Assembly: GCF_006345805.1 (NCBI RefSeq)
Contig: NC_043002.1
Coordinates: forward strand, 5,642,001-5,706,000
DNA: 64,000 bases
Reading direction: 5' to 3'
Origin: Octopus sinensis
Taxonomy: Eukaryota
Shown here: in pieces, positions 37,594 to 50,294 of the stretch
Layout of the letters: each line of letters opens with the position of its first letter
Numbering within the stretch: position 1 is the first letter of the stretch
Program-made: the position numbers and the translations under genes
The notes under the pieces: generated by a model
Told to the model about the DNA's origin: nothing
Databases searched by the model: none
What the model saw: only the letters and a program-made list of their open reading frames with translations

Positions 37594-37749
37594 ATACATA
37601 CATAAATATAAGAGGGAATTTTTAACCACTATGTGAAAACCCTTATGATAGAAGATCCGCTATGGCCTCAACCACTAAGAAATGTTCTCCAGAAAATTTA
37701 GCACACCAGAAACGTAAGCGAGCAAGACCAATGAAAAATATAGATTAAT

Positions 37750-37821
37750 CACAAACAATTGTTTCACTATCAATAAATTACGTAATTTTACTTACACAAT
37801 TATCTGTAGATCGTCAGTATG
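37750..37821 (-). ncRNA. Type I hammerhead ribozyme (GUU site)
   Basis: Minus strand cata-CTGACGA-tcta...tagt-GAAAC-AATT-GTT-tgtg. Confidence 0.65.
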
Positions 37822-37943
37822 GTCCTCTATGCAAGATATAATTTGTAGAACTACACCCCAGATACCAACACGAGGTCGAAAATGCATGTAGTTCCACCTA
37901 TTATATTTGCGGTTATTTTCAAAAGTCTTCGTTTAGGCGCGCT

Positions 37944-38013
<70 letters not shown>

Positions 38014-38111
38014 TAACGGGAAGCTTTATGAAAATAAACAAAAGACGAAGCAGGTGGAGTACAAACAAACAATTGTATTGTATGGCGCTCAGGAATATAA
38101 ATAAAATAAGT

Positions 38112-38147
38112 CTTTTACGTTTCGAGCCTACGCTCTTCAACAGAAAG
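38112..38147 (-). ncRNA. Minimal hammerhead-like motif with CUGUUGA core
   Basis: Minus strand cttt-CTGTTGA-a-gagc-gtag-gctc-GAAAC-GTA-aaag. Confidence 0.65.
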
Positions 38148-38613
38148 ATACACAGAAAAGAAACACGGAGAGAAACAAGGAGAGAGAAAAAGGAGAGAAA
38201 AAAATGCGTGCAGAAGCTAGCGATTCAACATGGCGATATATATATACACACACGTAAAACACGTGCACACACGCATACGAGTTACTCATCGACCTAAGGT
38301 TTCGTACCGTTGTATTTTCCAAACTTCACTCTTAAAAACAAACGTGTTTGTTGTGACTTCCTTGATAAGAAATATAAGGAAAATATCAAAAACTCTATAA
38401 CACGTAATTCCGGGGCAAAGAGGATGGGGAGGAAGTGAATGAAATACAATCTTTATTATTTCCCTCCTGTTGAATTCATTCTTAAGAAGGTTTCAGTCCG
38501 AGACACCAGATACTCCACTCCTCAAGGGAATTTCACTGCCTAACTGTTCTCTTTCTGTCGCTTCATACGTGTGAGTGTATGTTGTGTGTGTGTGTGTGTA
38601 TGTGTGTGTGTGT

Positions 38614-38639
<26 letters not shown>

Positions 38640-38644
<5 letters not shown>

Positions 38645-38962
38645 GCTGTGTGGTAAGAAGCTTGCTTCCCAGCCACGTGGTTCTGGGTTCAGTCCCACTG
38701 CATGGCATTACTATTATAGCCTCGTGAGTGGATTTGGTAGACGGAAACTGAAAGAAGCCTGTTGTATATACATGTGCGTGTGTGTGTGTCTTTGTGTCTG
38801 TTTTCTCTCCATCACCATTTGATAACTTTATGCCCCGTAACTTAGCGGTTCGGCAAAAGAGACCGATAGAATAAGTACTAGACTTAAACAAATAAGTCCT
38901 GGTGTCGATTTGCTTGACTAAAAGGCGGTGCTCCAGCATGGCCGCAGTCACATGACTGAAAC
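38640..38962 (+). mobile_element. Family C SINE
   Basis: gtggctgtgtggtaag..gggttcagtcccactgc..aggcggtgctccagcatggccgcagtcacatgactgaaac. Confidence 0.8.
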
Positions 38963-39771
38963 CTATATATATATATATATACACATACACACACATGAAT
39001 ATCTTGTTTGAACAGCGAACACTGCGTTATTAGCATTGTATGAGATCCTCTCATCAAGGTTCTTGGTGCATAAGGGCACATTCACATTGATCTACCAGAC
39101 GAGAATCAGGCGCCGGAACTCTCGTAACACGTGATGTCATTCTATTGTAAATCGCCAGTGGGAGGCGCCCAGTCACCGCATGTCAATCAAATCTCACTCT
39201 TACAAAATACAGAACACCGACATCTTTACAGACTCTGATGTCTCAAATAGCCAGCTAGCTTCTTAAGAATTAGTTATTAGCGACGAAACCAGCACTAATA
39301 CCTTGGGGAATTTCCCAAGACTAATAACGCAGCATTCAGTGTTTTAACAAGACATCCATGAATAAGTTGGATATAAAGATTGCGTTTTGGTATTTTCTTT
39401 CAAATTATTCAAATTCTTCTCAATGGCGTTCAAGCCGATCGCTAATAAAATGATAATAATTTTGATTTAAGATAAATTTCTTGGGGACTTTTTGTACTAT
39501 TTCGACATTTTTTGCATATATCCCCAACGATTTCGATCCATTTTGATCGTTGTCCCTATTTTTTTACTTTATTTTTGCCTCCCTCGAAAAGAAAAAATCT
39601 ACATTGTAATTGGCCCCTCTGTGTTTAGCCCTGTGTGGCCAATAAAGAAATTTATTCTTTTAATTTAAGATAGTTCCCGGGATATGTATGTGTTTGAGCT
39701 AGTGTCTGCATATATGTAGGTGTACGCTCTTGCACTTATGTTCTGTGAGAATGTCTCTGTGAGAATATCGC

Positions 39772-40330
39772 TTTTTGTCTAACTTTTCTTCCTTTTTTTG
39801 TCTCTTGAAGAACGAGCCCCATAAAGAAAAAGGAACCCTTATTTTTTCAATTGCTGTTGTTTTATTGAATTTAGTACGTTGGTATTTTTTGTGCGTGTGT
39901 GCACGTGTGTGTGGGGGAGTGCATCATTACTTTTTTACATACGTGTCTTAGTAGAGGCATACAACCGAGTGTGTGCATATATTCATTTAAAATTCTTTGA
40001 TGGCGAATCTTTGAAATGTCTTACAGATTTTCACTGTGCCGCTAATAGACTGGATTTGGATGAAGCGCGTCAGTTTCTTTTACTCTTTCTTAGAATATCC
40101 TAGCCTTTTTAGGTTTTTGTGCAATTCAAATATCGCACTCGTTTGCAGCCATGAAATGTTGCAGCTTCCTCGCTCGTTGAAGTATACGGAAGATGCAGTT
40201 TCATAGGCGGGAGCAATCGTGATTCCTTGGCGCCAGTGCTGTCATGTCCACCGTTGACGTGCCACCATATCTAGAAGGTGTACACTTAGTCTAGTCATAC
40301 CGGGATATGTCCTCGTCATCACATGTTCCC

Positions 40331-40385
<55 letters not shown>

Positions 40386-41074
40386 ATTTTTTGGCTCAAA
40401 AAGCAAAAAGCAAGGCCATGTAGGGGGACATGGAGTTAAGTACAGGGTGGTGTTCATGTAAAGAGTTCAGGCCACTTGAGGTCAAGGGAGACTTTGAACA
40501 AAGCGGTCGTCGGCATCTTCACCATCTCGCTTGGCAGCTTGTTCCACGGATCCGCAACCCGGACGGAGAAAGCTCCTCTCCTTCGATTGAGATGAAATCG
40601 TTGCAGGTAGAGCTTTTCGGAATGACCCCGCAGCCGACGCTCTGGAGCAGGAGTGAAGAACAGCTCTTTCGAGAGGTTACACTTTCCGCTTATGATGTTG
40701 TGAGCGAGAATGAGTTCACCACGGCGGCGGCGTTTTTCTAGAGAATAAAGGTCGAGCGTCTTCAGCCTTTCTTCATAAGACAAATTCTTGAGGCCATAAA
40801 CCATGCGGGTAACCAGCTTCTGGACTCTTTCAGGGTTTGTAAAGGGGAACAGGAAAGGAGCAGCAAAATGGTTATGCTCGATCGCAAGTCGACAGCCACC
40901 ACCTATGTACGTATATACACCTCTCCCTTATTCCGCTCCTTCTCTCTTCCCCCCCTTCTCTCTCTCTCCTCTTTCCCTTCTTTCTGAATAATACACAGTT
41001 CTTTGTCAGGTCATATGCACCTTCTCTTGTAAATTGATAACCTTTATAATTTCCGATTCTTCTCGTCATCACCG

Positions 41075-41148
<74 letters not shown>

Positions 41149-41302
41149 TTTCTCTGTCTCTCTAAGTCTACAACAATATCCCATTCTAGCTATCTTTATC
41201 TCTTTTTGTCTAACTTTTCTTCCTTTTTATTTTCTCTTGAAGAACGAACCCCATAAAGAAAAAGGAGCCCTTATTTTTTCAATTGCTGTTGTTTTATTGA
41301 AT
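39772..41302 (+). repeat. ~100-bp direct repeat pair (39772-39872 and 41203-41302)
   Basis: ctttttgtctaacttttcttcc..ttgaagaacga.ccccataaagaaaaagga.cccttattttttcaattgctgttgttttattgaatt occurs twice. Confidence 0.75.
40331..40831 (-). mobile_element. CR1-clade LINE 3' fragment, (TAAC)n tail
   Basis: ORF 40454-40804 is nearly identical to the end of 14666-15646. Confidence 0.9.
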
Positions 41303-41879
41303 TCCCCACAAGAATTTGCTCAGTCGACGAAATTCGCGCCTCTCCCCCGTCCACCTCTCCACCACAGCATCGTGTACCACTCCTCTCGTGACCCAGTTCC
41401 AGATTTCCTTCCAACTCTTAAAGCATGGCAAATCTAGAACCAAGTTGCATAATTTGATACCTCAGACGGCATGTCAGACATCTGTTGTTCTGAAAACACA
41501 CGCATAAGCGGATATAGATACACACACAAACACACGCGCACACACACTCACACAAACACACACACACAACACACACACACACACACACACACACAACACA
41601 CACACACAACACACATACACGCAGGCACTCACACATATGCATTCACACACACATACACACATACACACACACACAACACACACACGCGCACATAAAAGCA
41701 CACACTCACTTACACATATGCATTCACACACACATACACCCCCACACACACACTCAACACGCAACACACACACGCGCACATACACGCGCACATACACGCA
41801 CACACTCACGCACACACATCCACACAAATTCACACATGTACATGCATTTGTTTACATATGTGTGTCTACATGTATTTAT

Positions 41880-41910
<31 letters not shown>

Positions 41911-42433
41911 CATACATGCATACATACATATGTGTGTGTGTGTGTGTATTATGTGCGTATGTAAGCATGTGTGCGCACCAGAGGAACATGCTCATTTAAT
42001 AAAAACATATATGTTACGTGTGTGTATGTTTGTATGTGTGTAAGTGTGTGCAGGCAGGCAGGCGGGCGGGCGCTTGTCTTAGAAGATTACCATTACTTTA
42101 GTTATATATATTTATAACGGAAGGATCAAGTTCAAAGTCGAACCCTGCTTGAATTGAACTCCGTACCATGAGACAGGGAACTAGATACCATGCATTATTT
42201 AGTGCATTATGACTAACTCGCGACTAGGTCAGGCTGAAAGCGAAATTTAAACGGAAGATTACTTCATGTTTATCTTTTCATGTCCATGTTATTATTTTCT
42301 AGATATTCTAAAATTGGGGCGGTATTCTGAAGACTAGAGTGTTCCTAGCGCAAGAACGACATGCGTTTTCCAGTAGAATAATTTGAACTGAGTGTAAAGA
42401 ACATAACTAATAAAAACACGCTGCGTATATATA

Positions 42434-43143
42434 TTTGAACTCAGAACGTAACGGCAGACGAAATACGGCTACACATTTCGCCCGGTGTGCTAACGTTTCT
42501 GCCAGCTCGCCGCCTTTCACGCTGCGTATATAATCTGATGTTCTACTGATGTTCTACCACCCCACTAATGGTTTCAGATTTTGTACAAAGCCAGCAATAT
42601 GAGTGAAAAGGATTACATCGATTACATCGACCCCCAGCACTTGGCTGGTACTTATTGTACCGTCCTTGAAAGGATGGAAAGCAAAGTTGACCAAGGCAGA
42701 TGAAATGCCGCTATGTAAATTATCCAACGTGCTAACGTTCCTTATTTCTTCACTACCCGTCTAAACATAGAGGGAACAAACAAAGACAGACAAAGGGATT
42801 AAGTCGATTAGATCGACCGCAGTGCATAACTGGTACTTGATTTATCAACCCCAAAAGGATGAAAGGCAAAGTCGACCTCGGCGGAATTTGAACTCAGAAC
42901 GCAGCGGCAGACGTAAATACCGATTTCTTCACTACCCACAAGGGGCTAAACACAGAGGGGACAAAGAAGGACAGACAAACGGATTAAGTCGATTATATCA
43001 AACCCAGTGCGTAACAGGTACTTAATTTATCGACCCCGAAAGGATGAAAGGCAAAGTCGACCTCGGCGGAATTTGAACTCAGAACGTAACGGCAGACGAA
43101 ATACAGCTACGCATTTCGCCCGGCGTGCTAACGATTCTGCCAC
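42434..43143 (-). mobile_element. Cluster of family B SINEs (partial, decayed and two tandem copies)
   Basis: Partial copy 42434-42515 flanked by duplicated cacgctgcgtatata; tandem copies at ~42740-42915 and ~42925-43143. Confidence 0.8.
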
Positions 43144-43492
43144 TTCAATGATAATTGAATTGTTTCTAAGATGGGAGCGAGGCCTGAAATTTCTCTTCAC
43201 TTATTTTAGTTGTTTTCTGTTGCTTCTATTGCTGTTGATTCTTATGGTTTTTCTCCCTCCTTTTTCTTCTTTTTCCCTTTCGTATTTCCTACGGTCGTGT
43301 GGATGCTTTCCTCTGCAACCATCACTTCCTTGAAATTGAAGTGGTCCTACTCTTTGGAATACCAGACGTTTTGCACAGCCGTTTTGGCGCTGCCTGTTTG
43401 CTGGCGCTGTTTCCACTGGTTTATTTGACATCAAACGTTTGCGTGTTTCTTTCGCTCTTCCTTGTGTGTGTGTGATTTTGTGTTGTGTTGTG

Positions 43493-43569
<77 letters not shown>

Positions 43570-44034
43570 ATACGGATAAGCATATTTCTCTACGAGTATG
43601 AAGAGAAGGAAACGGTTTATGTCAATCGTGTTCAATTAATAAATTGTAATGTCCCTTTCTCCCCCCAGCCCTCTCTCTTATACACACACAAACTCTTTCC
43701 ATCTGTATGTGTAAATTCTACGCGCGCTTGTGTGTCTGCTTGTTTCCAACGCCAAAGCCTATTGATGTCAAAGCGCACTGACAGCCGCGCCCTACTGTCT
43801 CATTTAACACTGTTTGATACTGTTAAGCGACGGAATGGCTTCTCGCTTAGTTTCGAGGCCTGAGCACAAAACGCTTTCCGGGAGCTGTGACTAGTGTGAC
43901 TCTGGAAACTGAGGCCTACTGCTCTTGTTGCTGTGTCAGCTGGTTTTTGCTGCATTACTTTCTTGATTTTCCTAGTTTTCCCGATTCTTTCAAGTGGTTA
44001 TTACTACGACATGTGCGGCAACAAAGCCCTTTGC

Positions 44035-44177
44035 CAGTAGCGTAGCTAGGAGTTGGGCCAGAGAGGCGGTCTGTCCCAGGCGATGCTTTTATGGTGACGG
44101 CATCTTTGGGTCTGCTGTATAAACCTCTATAGGCCTAGGGAAGCCCCGGGCAGCACCCACTGTAGCTATGCCATTTG
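44035..44177. mobile_element. Possible short hAT-type MITE
   Basis: Ends cagtagcgtagcta / tagctatgccatt form an imperfect TIR. Confidence 0.4.
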
Positions 44178-44684
44178 CACCATTTGTCTTATGGCCTTTG
44201 TCTCGACACCAAGGAATAAAGGCGCTTCAGCTGTAACCATCCCGTCTCGCTTTGTGAAGGATACATTAGAATTATAAAGTCTGTCCCCTTTTGAAGTTGA
44301 CTTTGCCTTTCATCCTTTCCCTGATCAGCCACTTGTTGGGCTGGCGCTACAGTAGAAGACATTTGCTCAAAGTGTCACGCAGTGAGACTGAACCCAAAAC
44401 CACGTGGTTCAAAAGCCAGCTTCTTAACCACGCACCCATGCCTGTACACGATCTTTTTTTGCCGATGCTTTGGAGATAGAAGGAGAAGAGATTTTAGGAG
44501 AAAGAATCAGGTTTTGGGGCGGAGAAAGAATAAGAACAAAAAGAAAATAAGGGGTGCAACCAGGAGAGGGGAGGAGAATTATTAGTTGGTTTAAGTTGAG
44601 AGGGAATTGTTGACCAGGTCAGCGATGACTGGTAGCTTGTGACTTTCATGTATGGAAACCATATCTGGTTTATTTTGTTGCATT

Positions 44685-44970
44685 GAGGACGCGTAGCTTA
44701 GTGGTTAGGGTATTCGGCTCACGAGTTCGATTTCCGTTGTGTCCAAAAAGCAAGACACTTTATTTCACGTTGCTCGAGTCCACTCAGCTAGCGAAAATGA
44801 TGTGGTACCTTTATTTCACATTCTGTATCACGCTGGATCCCCCTCAGAACTACGTGATGGGTACACGTGCCTGTGGAATGCTCAATCACTTGAACGTTAA
44901 TTTCACTGGGCGACTGTTTCGTTGGTTGGATCAACTGGAACCTTCGTCGTCGTAACCGACGGAGTGCCAG
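44685..44970 (+). mobile_element. Family A SINE (tail type 3)
   Basis: tRNA-like head, agcaagacactttatttcacgttgctcgagtccactcagct and a third, unrelated tail. Confidence 0.7.
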
Positions 44971-45236
44971 CTTGTTATTGTTGTTCCTGCTACCTTTTTT
45001 TGTTTAGTCCCATATCAGAGCGACCCGTATTTTCGTATATTTTCCAAAATAAGTTATGTTTTTTTATAGCATTTATTTACTGATATTCTAAATATTTCTG
45101 ACATTGTCACTCCTTAGAGTTAAAATTTCAAATTGAATCGTAGTCGTCTCGTGTCTGTTGCTGTTTGTGCTGCTACTGATGATGATGATGGTGCTACTGC
45201 TGGTGTCACTGCCCTTGTTGTTGTTGTTGTTGTTGC

Positions 45237-45268
<32 letters not shown>

Positions 45269-45574
45269 CGTTAATGATAACATTGTTCTTCGGGGTGGTT
45301 GGTAAAAAGTCAATAAATGCTGACTCTGGCAGTCGGGAAAAATAAAGAAATGTTAATCCAAAACATTCCCCCCTCCTTCTTGAAGAAAACAGAATAAATA
45401 AATAAATAAATGGATAAATAAATAAATAAATAAATAAATAAATGGATAAATAAATGAATAATAGAGGGAAAGGAACAAAAAATGGAAATAAATGGAAAAT
45501 GGATAACTTTCTTGGTAGTATTTCTGGTCCCTTGATAATTTCTGTGAGATATGGAAACTGTAAATGTCACAAGC

Positions 45575-45641
45575 GAGAAAGAAAGAAAGAAAGAAAGAAG
45601 GAAAGAAAGAAACAAAAAATACACAAGCGGATAAAAAGTGA

Positions 45642-45689
<48 letters not shown>

Positions 45690-46288
45690 AGAAATAGAGA
45701 AAGAAAAAGAAAGAAAGAAAGAAAGAAAGAAGGATGAAGGAAGGAAAGAAAAGAAAGAAGAAAGAAAAAGAAAGAAAGAAATAAAAAAATGAATAAAGAG
45801 AAAAAAGAAAAGAAAGAAAAGAAATAAATAGAAGAAAAAATAAATAAAGAAATAAAGAAAAGAAAAGAAGAAAGAAAGAAAGAAATAAAGAAAAAATGAA
45901 ATAAAGAAAGAAAAAAGAAGAAAGAAAAAAGAAGAAAGACAGAAAAGAAAAGAAAAGAAAAGAATGAAATAAATAATAAAGAAAAAAGAAGATAGAAGAA
46001 AAGAAAGAAAAATGAAATAAATAAAGAAGAAAGAAGAAAGAAATAAGAAAGAATAAAGAAAGAAGAATAAAGAAGAAACAAAATGAATAAATAAAGAAAG
46101 AAAGAAAGAAGAAAGAAGAAAGAAGAAGAAAGAAAAAGAAAGAAAACAAAATGAAATAATAAAAAGAGAGAAAGAAAGAAGAAAGAAAGAAGAAAGAAAG
46201 AAAAAGAAAAGAAAGAAAAAAAGAAAAAATGAAATAAATAAATAAAGAAAAAAGAAGATAGAAAGAAAAGAAAAGAAAAAATGAAATA

Positions 46289-46336
<48 letters not shown>

Positions 46337-46472
46337 AAAGAAAAGAAAAAATGAAATAAATAAATAAAGAAAAAAGAAAGATAGAAAGAAAAGAAAAGAA
46401 AAAATGAAATAAATAAATAAAGAAAAAAGAAAGATAGAAAGAAAAGAAAAGAAAAAATGAAATAAATAAATA

Positions 46473-46512
<40 letters not shown>

Positions 46513-46515
46513 AAT
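45575..46515. repeat. ~0.95-kb purine-rich (GAAA)n/(GAAAA)n tract
   Basis: Direct reading; the source of the F/S/L-rich 407-aa pseudo-ORF. Confidence 0.95.
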
Positions 46516-46769
46516 TTTTCTAAATGTCTTCATTGAGCCAACGACGAAAACTGAATAGCGAGGGTCCCAAAGTGGCTGATATAGATTCAGTATCCATCCC
46601 CACCACCAGGTATCGGCGGAGCAGTGCTAAATGGGCCGATAAATAAGGGGGGTTAACACTGGGCTGGCAATTAAATTGTAGGGGTCTACCATGTTCAAGG
46701 CTCAAAACATGCGCCAAATTTAAACAGTTATCTTCTGTTTGTTCCAGTTGTTGGACTGCAGCCATGCTC

Positions 46770-46980
46770 TGTGTGTGTGTGTGTGTGTGGTGTCCCACAA
46801 CCACTTGACAACCGGTGTTGGTGTATTTTCGTTGTAAATAAACCGTTCGGCAAAAGAGAACAATAAAGAATAAGTACCGGGCTTTAAGAAAATAACTACT
46901 CGAGGCGATTCGCTCGACTAAAATTCAAGGTGGTGCCCCAGCATGACCGCAATCTAATGACTGGAACAAATAAAAGAAAC
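46770..46980 (+). mobile_element. Family C SINE 3' half
   Basis: cttgacaaccggtgttggtgt..cggcaaaagag..ggtggtgccccagcatgaccgcaatctaatgactggaac. Similar 3' halves lie at 50245-50501 and 60830-61068. Confidence 0.7.
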
Positions 46981-47645
46981 CTACATACATACATGTACGT
47001 ATGTATGTATACATACATACACACATACATACATACATACATACATACATACATACATACATACATACATACATACATACATACATACATACATACATAC
47101 ATACAAATATGCATATATATAATGATCAGTTTCACTTTTGGTCACGCGTGTCTAAGTAATATATTATGTTTCTATACGCAAATTGGCAAGTCGAATGAAA
47201 AAATAAAAAATATTTAAATTGGTATTTTATTGTAATGTAATTATAATTTTTACAATTTAAGTTTATTGCGACTTTGATGAGATTAGTTTACGTGATATTA
47301 TATTCGTATTAAAGAGATTTTGAATTAATATATATTTTGCCCGTTAAATTTACAGCATGTTTAGTTCTCGGTAACAAGAAGAATAAACGTTAGCAATATT
47401 CACAGAAATATCTGGAATTTGATTTTGTTCCTCTGATCAATAATGAGAAACACCCATTTGTTTGTTAAGTGAAAAGACATTTCAAATTTATGCGATGAAG
47501 CCTTGAAAAACAGAAAAGCTACGTTGAGATGAGTTTAGAAAAGAAAGACAAAGATTTAAAGACTTGGAAACAGCTTGTTATTGCAAGTCCCGTCAGTCGA
47601 AAACTTTACGGACCGGATGTCAGTAGGTTTCAGGGACCATCAGGA

Positions 47646-48133
47646 GAGAATGCACATCTTTTCGGGGCCTTCCTATCGACACCTTTACAGCACACCTGCC
47701 CCCTCGGTGATGTAAGACTCCCACCTACTGCTTCCACTGATTAGAATTCGACCTCAAGTCCCTTTTGAGAATGCACACCTTTTCGGGGCCTTCCTATCGA
47801 CACCTTTACAGCATACCTGCCCCCTCGCTGATGTAAGACCCCCACCTACTGCTTCGACTGATTAGAATTCGACCTCAAGTCCATTTTGAGAATGCACACA
47901 TTTTCGGGGCCTTCCTATCGACACCTTTACAGCACACCTGCCCCCTCGCTGATGTAAGATCCCCACCTGCTGCTTCGACTGATTAGAATTCGACCTCAGG
48001 TCCATTTTGAGAATGCACACCTTTTCGGGGCCTTCCTATCGACACCTTTACAGTACACCTGCCCCCTCGCTGATGTAAGACCCCCACCTACTGCTTCGAC
48101 TGATTAGAATGCGACCTCGAGTCCATTTTGAGA
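47646..48133. repeat. Tandem array, 4 x 121 bp
   Basis: Units start gagaatgcac at 47646, 47767, 47888 and 48009, with a partial unit at 48130. Confidence 0.95.
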
Positions 48134-49560
48134 TCATCACTTGTCAGCCTATCCAATGCCTGGCCCTCCCAACTGTCGCTTGAATCTCCTTCAAGATGAT
48201 GTTTATTTGCCGATGCTGGACACCAATTGATAGCAGCCACTGTCTCAGTCTATTCCCAATAAAACCTTTTCATCCATCTTCTACAGGAACGTGTACTGCA
48301 CTCCAGCTAGCATCTATAGTCTTCCAGTAGCGTCTCATAACGCTCGTCTTTCCTTACTGAGGATGCATCTAAATCGTCTTCGTGTGGGACAGTTCATTCG
48401 ACGAGGTCCATCCTCATATCTTCCTCACACCTTACTGTCATATCCAGCTTTTTCCTTGTCGGTATTGGAAAGAGGAGTTCACACCCTACAGGATCTGCTG
48501 TTATCTCCCATACACATCCCAATTTGCATCATTTACAATTTTCTTCTGTTTTGGGTTACCATCTTCACCTTGACGGACAAACGTGATAAACCATTTACTG
48601 CCATCCTTCTGTGGTTTCTAGTCACCATTGATTGCTTCCATCTGCTTATTGGCGGCACTACAGAGGATTTGGGGCACCCCATTGTGCATCCATGTATATA
48701 TATACCTTTCCAACGCCATTCAGCTGTTAGATAGGATGTACTTTAGCTGGGCAACTTTTCTGCATCTATAAAGGACGTCATTCGTTATTTTCTACCTCAG
48801 CAGATTGCGTGGAGATGGCGGTACATCACAGGTAGTTTGAAGAAGGAAACTCAACTGCGATGTGCTCCACCTCCAGATCTAATCCCAACCAACCTTTCTT
48901 TTCAATAGCCTTTTCTCTCCACTTGGTCATCTGACCTTGCCGAGGGCATTGAATCAAATGCATCCCTTTTCTCTGCTTCTCTACAAAATGTCCACAAAGT
49001 CTGGGTACATAGGGCTTAACACATACTTTACGAAATTCTTATTTCTTATAGCTAATTCTTTATGTTATGATTTTATTTACTCCATGTACCCAGACTTTAG
49101 GGACACCCTGTAGTTTTAAACAACTGCTAACGACAGCCCTGCGTTCCCTCTGTGTCTTCGTTGAAAATTGTTCAAATAGATTACACCAATACCTTTCCGG
49201 TCACTTTGAATTGCTCCCACTATATCCCGGTGTTCCAGTGATGCTGTTATGTTATCCCTTTCTTTCTCTGCGCACCTTTTTTATGCACTTTTGACATCTG
49301 GCTCATTATCCCATATTTCTACGTCTTCGGACTCAGTATCGTGACCGTTCGCACTTTTCCGTCTTTGTAGATCTCAATAATTGATGTTATAGGTAGTTGA
49401 AGAGACTCTCGTTTCCTATATTGCCCTGAAGTGTTAATGGCTCCAGGTAGACCAAGCAGAATCCTAATATAAACACTTCACTTCTGCTCTATGGGCTCCA
49501 CTCTCAACAATGCTATTTTATATTTGTCCAGGGAATCAAGGGGATATAGGCCAAACTGCA

Positions 49561-49966
49561 AGGAGTGGCTGTGTGGTAAGTAGCTTGTTTACCAACCACA
49601 TGGTTCCGGGTTCAGTCCCACTGCGTGGCACCTTGGGCAAGTGTCTTCTACTATAGCCTCGGGCCGACCAAAGCCTTGTGAGTGGATTTGGTAGACGGAA
49701 ACTGAAAGAAGCCCGTCGTATATATGTATATATATATATATATGCGTGTATGTTTGTGTTTGTCCCCCTAGCATTGCTTGACAACCGATGCTGGTGTGTT
49801 TATGTCCCCGTCACTTAGCGGTTCGGCAAAAAGAGACCGATAGAATAAGTACTGGGCTTACAAAGAATAAGTCCCGGTGTCGATTTGCTCGATTAAATGC
49901 GGTGCTCCAGCATGGCCGCAGTCAAATGACTGAAACAAGTAAAAGAGTAAAAGAGTAAAAGAGAGT
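49561..49966 (+). mobile_element. Family C SINE, full length
   Basis: Head ggagtggctgtgtggtaag..gggttcagtccc, internal TA/TG microsatellite, tail cagtcaaatgactgaaacaa(gtaaaaga)n. Confidence 0.9.
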
Positions 49967-50246
49967 ACCAAATTTGCATTTGCCCGAGAGTTTTGACCTG
50001 TCTATGGCTTTCAACCCATCCTCAGTTTATGCCGTGACCTCAACAACGAGTTAGCAGATCATCGTCCTGAGCTTTTATTACAGGTTCACCTTTAACCGTT
50101 CGCATGATTTCTCCTGCTATTTTAAAAATCGACACATTTAAGATTCTGAATATACCAATGTTCGTAATGATATTACTTCAGTTTTTGTTTTAAACAGCGC
50201 ACCGACTTTGATAGGTATAACACTTTTCAAAAGAAAAAGTTTCTAA

Positions 50247-50294
<48 letters not shown>

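Larger units (their letters stand above)
47590..50100 (-). mobile_element. Decayed Hero-like (R2 group, restriction-like endonuclease) non-LTR retrotransposon 3' portion
   Basis: Minus strand with stops and frameshifts: GLKAIDRSKLSGK..LLGLPGAINTS; LEHRDIVGAIQSDRKGIG; IWRWSTSQLSFLLQTTCDVPPSPRNL; WSAVHVPVEDG*KGFIG..LRQWLLSIG. Interrupted by a family C SINE. Confidence 0.7.

Noticed and set aside
45310-46533. 407-aa F/S/L-rich ORF resembling a membrane protein
   Set aside because: It is the reverse complement of the (GAAA)n tract.
47646-48133. CRISPR-like array
   Set aside because: Whole 121-bp units repeat with no unique spacers, there are no cas genes and the context is eukaryotic.
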